Source of the DNA: Candidatus Thorarchaeota archaeon
GTDB taxonomy: Archaea; Asgardarchaeota; Thorarchaeia; Thorarchaeales; Thorarchaeaceae
DNA length: 19,388 nucleotides
Direction of reading: 5' to 3'
Assembly: GCA_048884965.1 (NCBI GenBank)
Contig: JBHLQH010000047.1
Location: 1 to 19,388, forward strand
The notes under the pieces are model-generated. The model was not told the origin of the DNA. It did not search any database and saw only the letters and a program-made list of their open reading frames with translations. Of this stretch, positions 17,275 through 19,388 are shown piece by piece. Made by a program: the position numbers and the translations under genes. Each line of letters starts with the position of its first letter. The first letter of the stretch is position 1.

Positions 17275-17556
17275 ACGTTTCTTCTGCAATAAGAGAGATG
17301 GCGCCCCAGATGAGATTTGAACTCATATTCTCAAGATCGAAAGTCTTGCGTCACCTGCAAATCGTTTCACTGTGCCCTTTCCAGGGATCAAGATTGTGGA
17401 CGATCGTAATCTAAACCAAATTAGACTACTGGGGCTTTTCTCTTCCTATGATGAAAGGTTGGTTTCAGAGTAGATTTAACCCTCGAGTTTACCGACTCGC
17501 GTTTCACCTGCAAATCGTATCACCGTGCCCGTATAGGGATCATAATAGTGTACGAT
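17195..17556 (-). repeat. Three copies of a ~52-54-nt structured motif (17195-17246, 17351-17404, 17504-17556)
   Basis: Consensus RTCGT-M-CRC-N6-GAT-CCC-loop-GGG-CACN-GYG-AW-ACGAT-TTGC-WGGWGA. Confidence 0.85.
17299..17435 (-). tRNA. tRNA-Glu(UUC)-like gene with a 58-nt structured insertion at the 3' side of the D arm (tRNA-like RNA 2)
   Basis: Acceptor GCCCCAG/CTGGGGC plus G-CCA; U8A9; D-arm GTCTAATTTGGTTTAG; anticodon arm CAAGA-CT[TTC]GA-TCTTG; 5-nt variable loop; T-arm ATGAG-TTCAAAT-CTCAT; insertion 17353-17410. Confidence 0.75.
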
Positions 17557-17580
17557 AGTTGACCTCTGAAACTCCCTTTC
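17453..17580 (-). ncRNA. Degenerate tRNA-like RNA 3 carrying the same module
   Basis: Closing stem GTTTCAGAG/CTCTGAAAC, which can also be read as ending in CCA; module at 17504-17556; hairpin CGAGT-CGGTAA-ACTCG; T-loop remnant GGGTTAAATC. Confidence 0.65.
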
Positions 17581-17698
17581 AATTGTTTATCAGTTTCCGA
17601 AGACCCTGATAGGTAGTGGTCTAAGGTGTTCAGACAATTCTTGATACTCCTCCAACCACGCTAGCCCATTGCCTTAAGCAATAGACCTTTAAGTGGCT
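17581..17698 (-). ncRNA. Structured 5' leader of the ncRNA array
   Basis: Hairpins GGTCTATTGC/GCAATGGGCT, GTCTGA/TTAGAC and TATCAG-GG-TC-TTCG-GA-AA-CTGATA (cUUCGg tetraloop on the minus strand). Confidence 0.5.
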
Positions 17699-17711
17699 CG
17701 CGATATATTTG

Positions 17712-17726
17712 CTTATAAACTTTTTG
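17712..17726 (-). promoter_or_regulatory. Consensus archaeal BRE+TATA promoter driving the ncRNA array and vWA operon
   Basis: Minus strand reads CAAAAAG-TTTATAAG. The predicted start site is near 17690. Confidence 0.7.
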
Positions 17727-17808
17727 TATAGTCGATGTAGGATGCATGCCAAATCCTTAGAGGGATGCGGAGAAGATGAAATATCCATTCTCTAGATCCC
17801 ACTCATTG

Positions 17809-17842
17809 AAAAAAATTGGTTTGAGGAGTCATTGACTCCTCA
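17809..17842 (-). terminator. Terminator of pepF
   Basis: TGAGGAGTC-3nt-GACTCCTCA hairpin 10 nt after the stop codon, followed by T7 on the minus strand. Confidence 0.7.
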
Positions 17843-17852
17843 TTCACATTGA

Positions 17853-19388
17853 TCACAGAGTTTCCTTAAACATCTCAACGAACTCTGAGAATTGATCGAT
17901 TCCTTTTTGCCAGAAATCTTCTTTCGTGATGTCAAAGCCTATCTCTGCAGCAAGCTCACGTGGACTCTTGCTTGAGCCAGCTGCTAGTAAGTTCTTCAAC
18001 TTGGGTACAAATTCCTTACCTTGTTCTTTGTAGAGCCTGTACATTGCAAAGACGAATAGCTGTGCGTAGACGTAGGGATAGTTGTAGTAGCGGTAGTTTG
18101 GAATATAGAAGTGTAATTTCATTGTCCACCAGAATTTGTCTTCAGGAATCCACTCGACGGCATCACCAAAGATCTTATCCCTCGCTTCGAGCCAGAGCTT
18201 GGAGATTGATTCACCATCCAGTAGTTTGTTCTTCTCAATTGCTTCATAGATTGAGGACTCAAAGAATACTCGTGCAGATACTTGGTAGGCAGCCGCAACG
18301 AACTCATCTAGCACGATTGCAAGCACCTCTTGCTTTCCTTCTTTCGAATCAATCGTTGAGAGAAGCTTCTCCGTTAGTAGTAGCTCTCCAAAGATAGAAC
18401 CCGTTTCTGCGACACAGCTTCCAATCTCGTAGTTTGATGGCTTCTGCGCTCTTGTCCCAAGGTATGCGTGCATCGCATGACCCAGTTCGTGGGCGGCAGT
18501 GTAGATATCTCCCATTCGCTCATTGTAGCTTTGGAGAATATACGCACTTTTGCCATTGAACCAAGTAGAACAGAAAGCTCCTGAGCGTTTTCCAGGTCGA
18601 ACCTCGGCATCGAAGTGACGTCGCTCATACATATCATCCATCCATTTTCCAACTTCCTCATCGAAGTCTAAGTATGCATCGACAACTAGCTTCCTTGAAT
18701 CATTCCACGTCCATTTCTTATCGGGTACATTCGGCAGAGGTGCAGGAAGATCCCAATTCCCAAGAATATCCAGACCCATCACATTAGCCTTGAGCTTGAG
18801 ATAGTCCTGAACAGTCTTGACATTCTTCTCGATAGTATTCATTAAAGCTTGAATTGTTTCCTCATCTACGTCGTTGTCAATAAGGCTCTGAGTCATAGGG
18901 CTAGGCCATTTCCTCAGCTTTGTCATCTGAACATGGTCGGAAGACACTGCTTTGATTGCAGCTGACCAGAGTTGATGATCTTCACCGAGTTTTCCAAAGA
19001 CTACCTCCATCGCCCTCTTGCGAATATCTCGGTCTGGACTCTGGTACAAACCAGTGATCTCGCCATATGACATCTCTTTCATCTCACCATCAATCTCGAT
19101 GTTGAATGTCCGAGAAGCAAGCCAATCATTGAAGAGATTCCACCATGCTTGGACTCCATTTCTATCCTTGGTAATGATGGTCTGCTCAACTTCCTCGCTC
19201 AAGTAATGAGGTATGCGTCTCACGATTCCCTCTAGATAGTGCTTGTACTCCGCCACTTCGCTGTCTTGTACAATCTCTGGTTTAGCTGAGAGTAGCTTTC
19301 CAAGCTCAAGATCGACGAATGCCAGATTCTGACCAAGCATCATATTTGAATTCTGTGCTCTATCATAGAGTTTCTTGTTGACGTCTTG
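17853..19388 (-). CDS. pepF: M3B oligoendopeptidase F (5'-partial, runs off the window)
   Basis: GKRSGAFC, zinc motif HELGHAMH, AETGSIFGE, HFY..RYYNYPYVYAQL, AAGSSKSP. The frame stays open from 19343 to the window edge. Confidence 0.93.
   Translation of the reverse strand, partial: QDVNKKLYDRAQNSNMMLGQNLAFVDLELGKLLSAKPEIVQDSEVAEYKHYLEGIVRRIPHYLSEEVEQTIITKDRNGVQAWWNLFNDWLASRTFNIEIDGEMKEMSYGEITGLYQSPDRDIRKRAMEVVFGKLGEDHQLWSAAIKAVSSDHVQMTKLRKWPSPMTQSLIDNDVDEETIQALMNTIEKNVKTVQDYLKLKANVMGLDILGNWDLPAPLPNVPDKKWTWNDSRKLVVDAYLDFDEEVGKWMDDMYERRHFDAEVRPGKRSGAFCSTWFNGKSAYILQSYNERMGDIYTAAHELGHAMHAYLGTRAQKPSNYEIGSCVAETGSIFGELLLTEKLLSTIDSKEGKQEVLAIVLDEFVAAAYQVSARVFFESSIYEAIEKNKLLDGESISKLWLEARDKIFGDAVEWIPEDKFWWTMKLHFYIPNYRYYNYPYVYAQLFVFAMYRLYKEQGKEFVPKLKNLLAAGSSKSPRELAAEIGFDITKEDFWQKGIDQFSEFVEMFKETL

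Noticed and set aside
17351-17404. Hammerhead ribozyme reading of the repeated module (GTC...GAAAC around a stem)
   Set aside because: There is no CUGANGA core and no stem I, and copy 3 has GATAC in place of GAAAC.
17299-17435. Ordinary canonical (37/38) intron-containing tRNA
   Set aside because: The anticodon arm is uninterrupted, the insert is at the D arm, and I found no clear BHB motif.
17195-17556. CRISPR array
   Set aside because: The repeats are long and internally variable, the intervening sequences are ~100-nt structured tRNA parts, and there are no cas genes in the window.
17739-17800. Weak hairpins between the pepF terminator and the array promoter
   Set aside because: The stems are short and imperfect, lie upstream of the TATA box, and lack the conserved module.
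1045-19206. Short shadow ORFs in the track (e.g. 1045-1260, 2471-2788, 5439-5830, 10535-10756, 13999-14802, 16072-16338, 17960-18397)
   Set aside because: They lie antisense or out of frame within well-supported genes and show no motifs.

Overview
AT-rich archaeal window with BRE/TATA promoters and GGAGG/GAGGTG Shine-Dalgarno sites. It most likely comes from an Asgard archaeon, possibly Thorarchaeia; this is inferred from tandem Rab-like GTPases, several roadblock proteins, a stand-alone V4R protein and a REC-PAS-kinase. Left: wHTH regulator, stand-alone WGR protein, SAM methyltransferase, two Rab-like GTPases and a nitroreductase. Middle: a minus-strand operon with four roadblock-fold genes, an MglA/CvnD-like GTPase, two paralogous wHTH regulators and two unknown genes, divergent from a REC-5xPAS histidine kinase, then a V4R gene. 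Right, and the most unusual part: a promoter-driven, ~530-nt structured non-coding region (minus strand, ~17166-17698). It holds three tRNA-scaffolded RNAs, each carrying the same ~55-nt covarying stem-loop module. One is an otherwise near-canonical tRNA-Glu(UUC) with encoded CCA, one lacks an anticodon arm, and one is degenerate. The array lies directly upstream of a 525-aa helical/Zn-ribbon/vWA protein, a Zn-finger protein and a tandem PH-like protein. This looks like a Ro60/Y-RNA-like ribonucleoprotein system with an unusual RNA architecture (inference). The window ends inside an M3 oligoendopeptidase (pepF).
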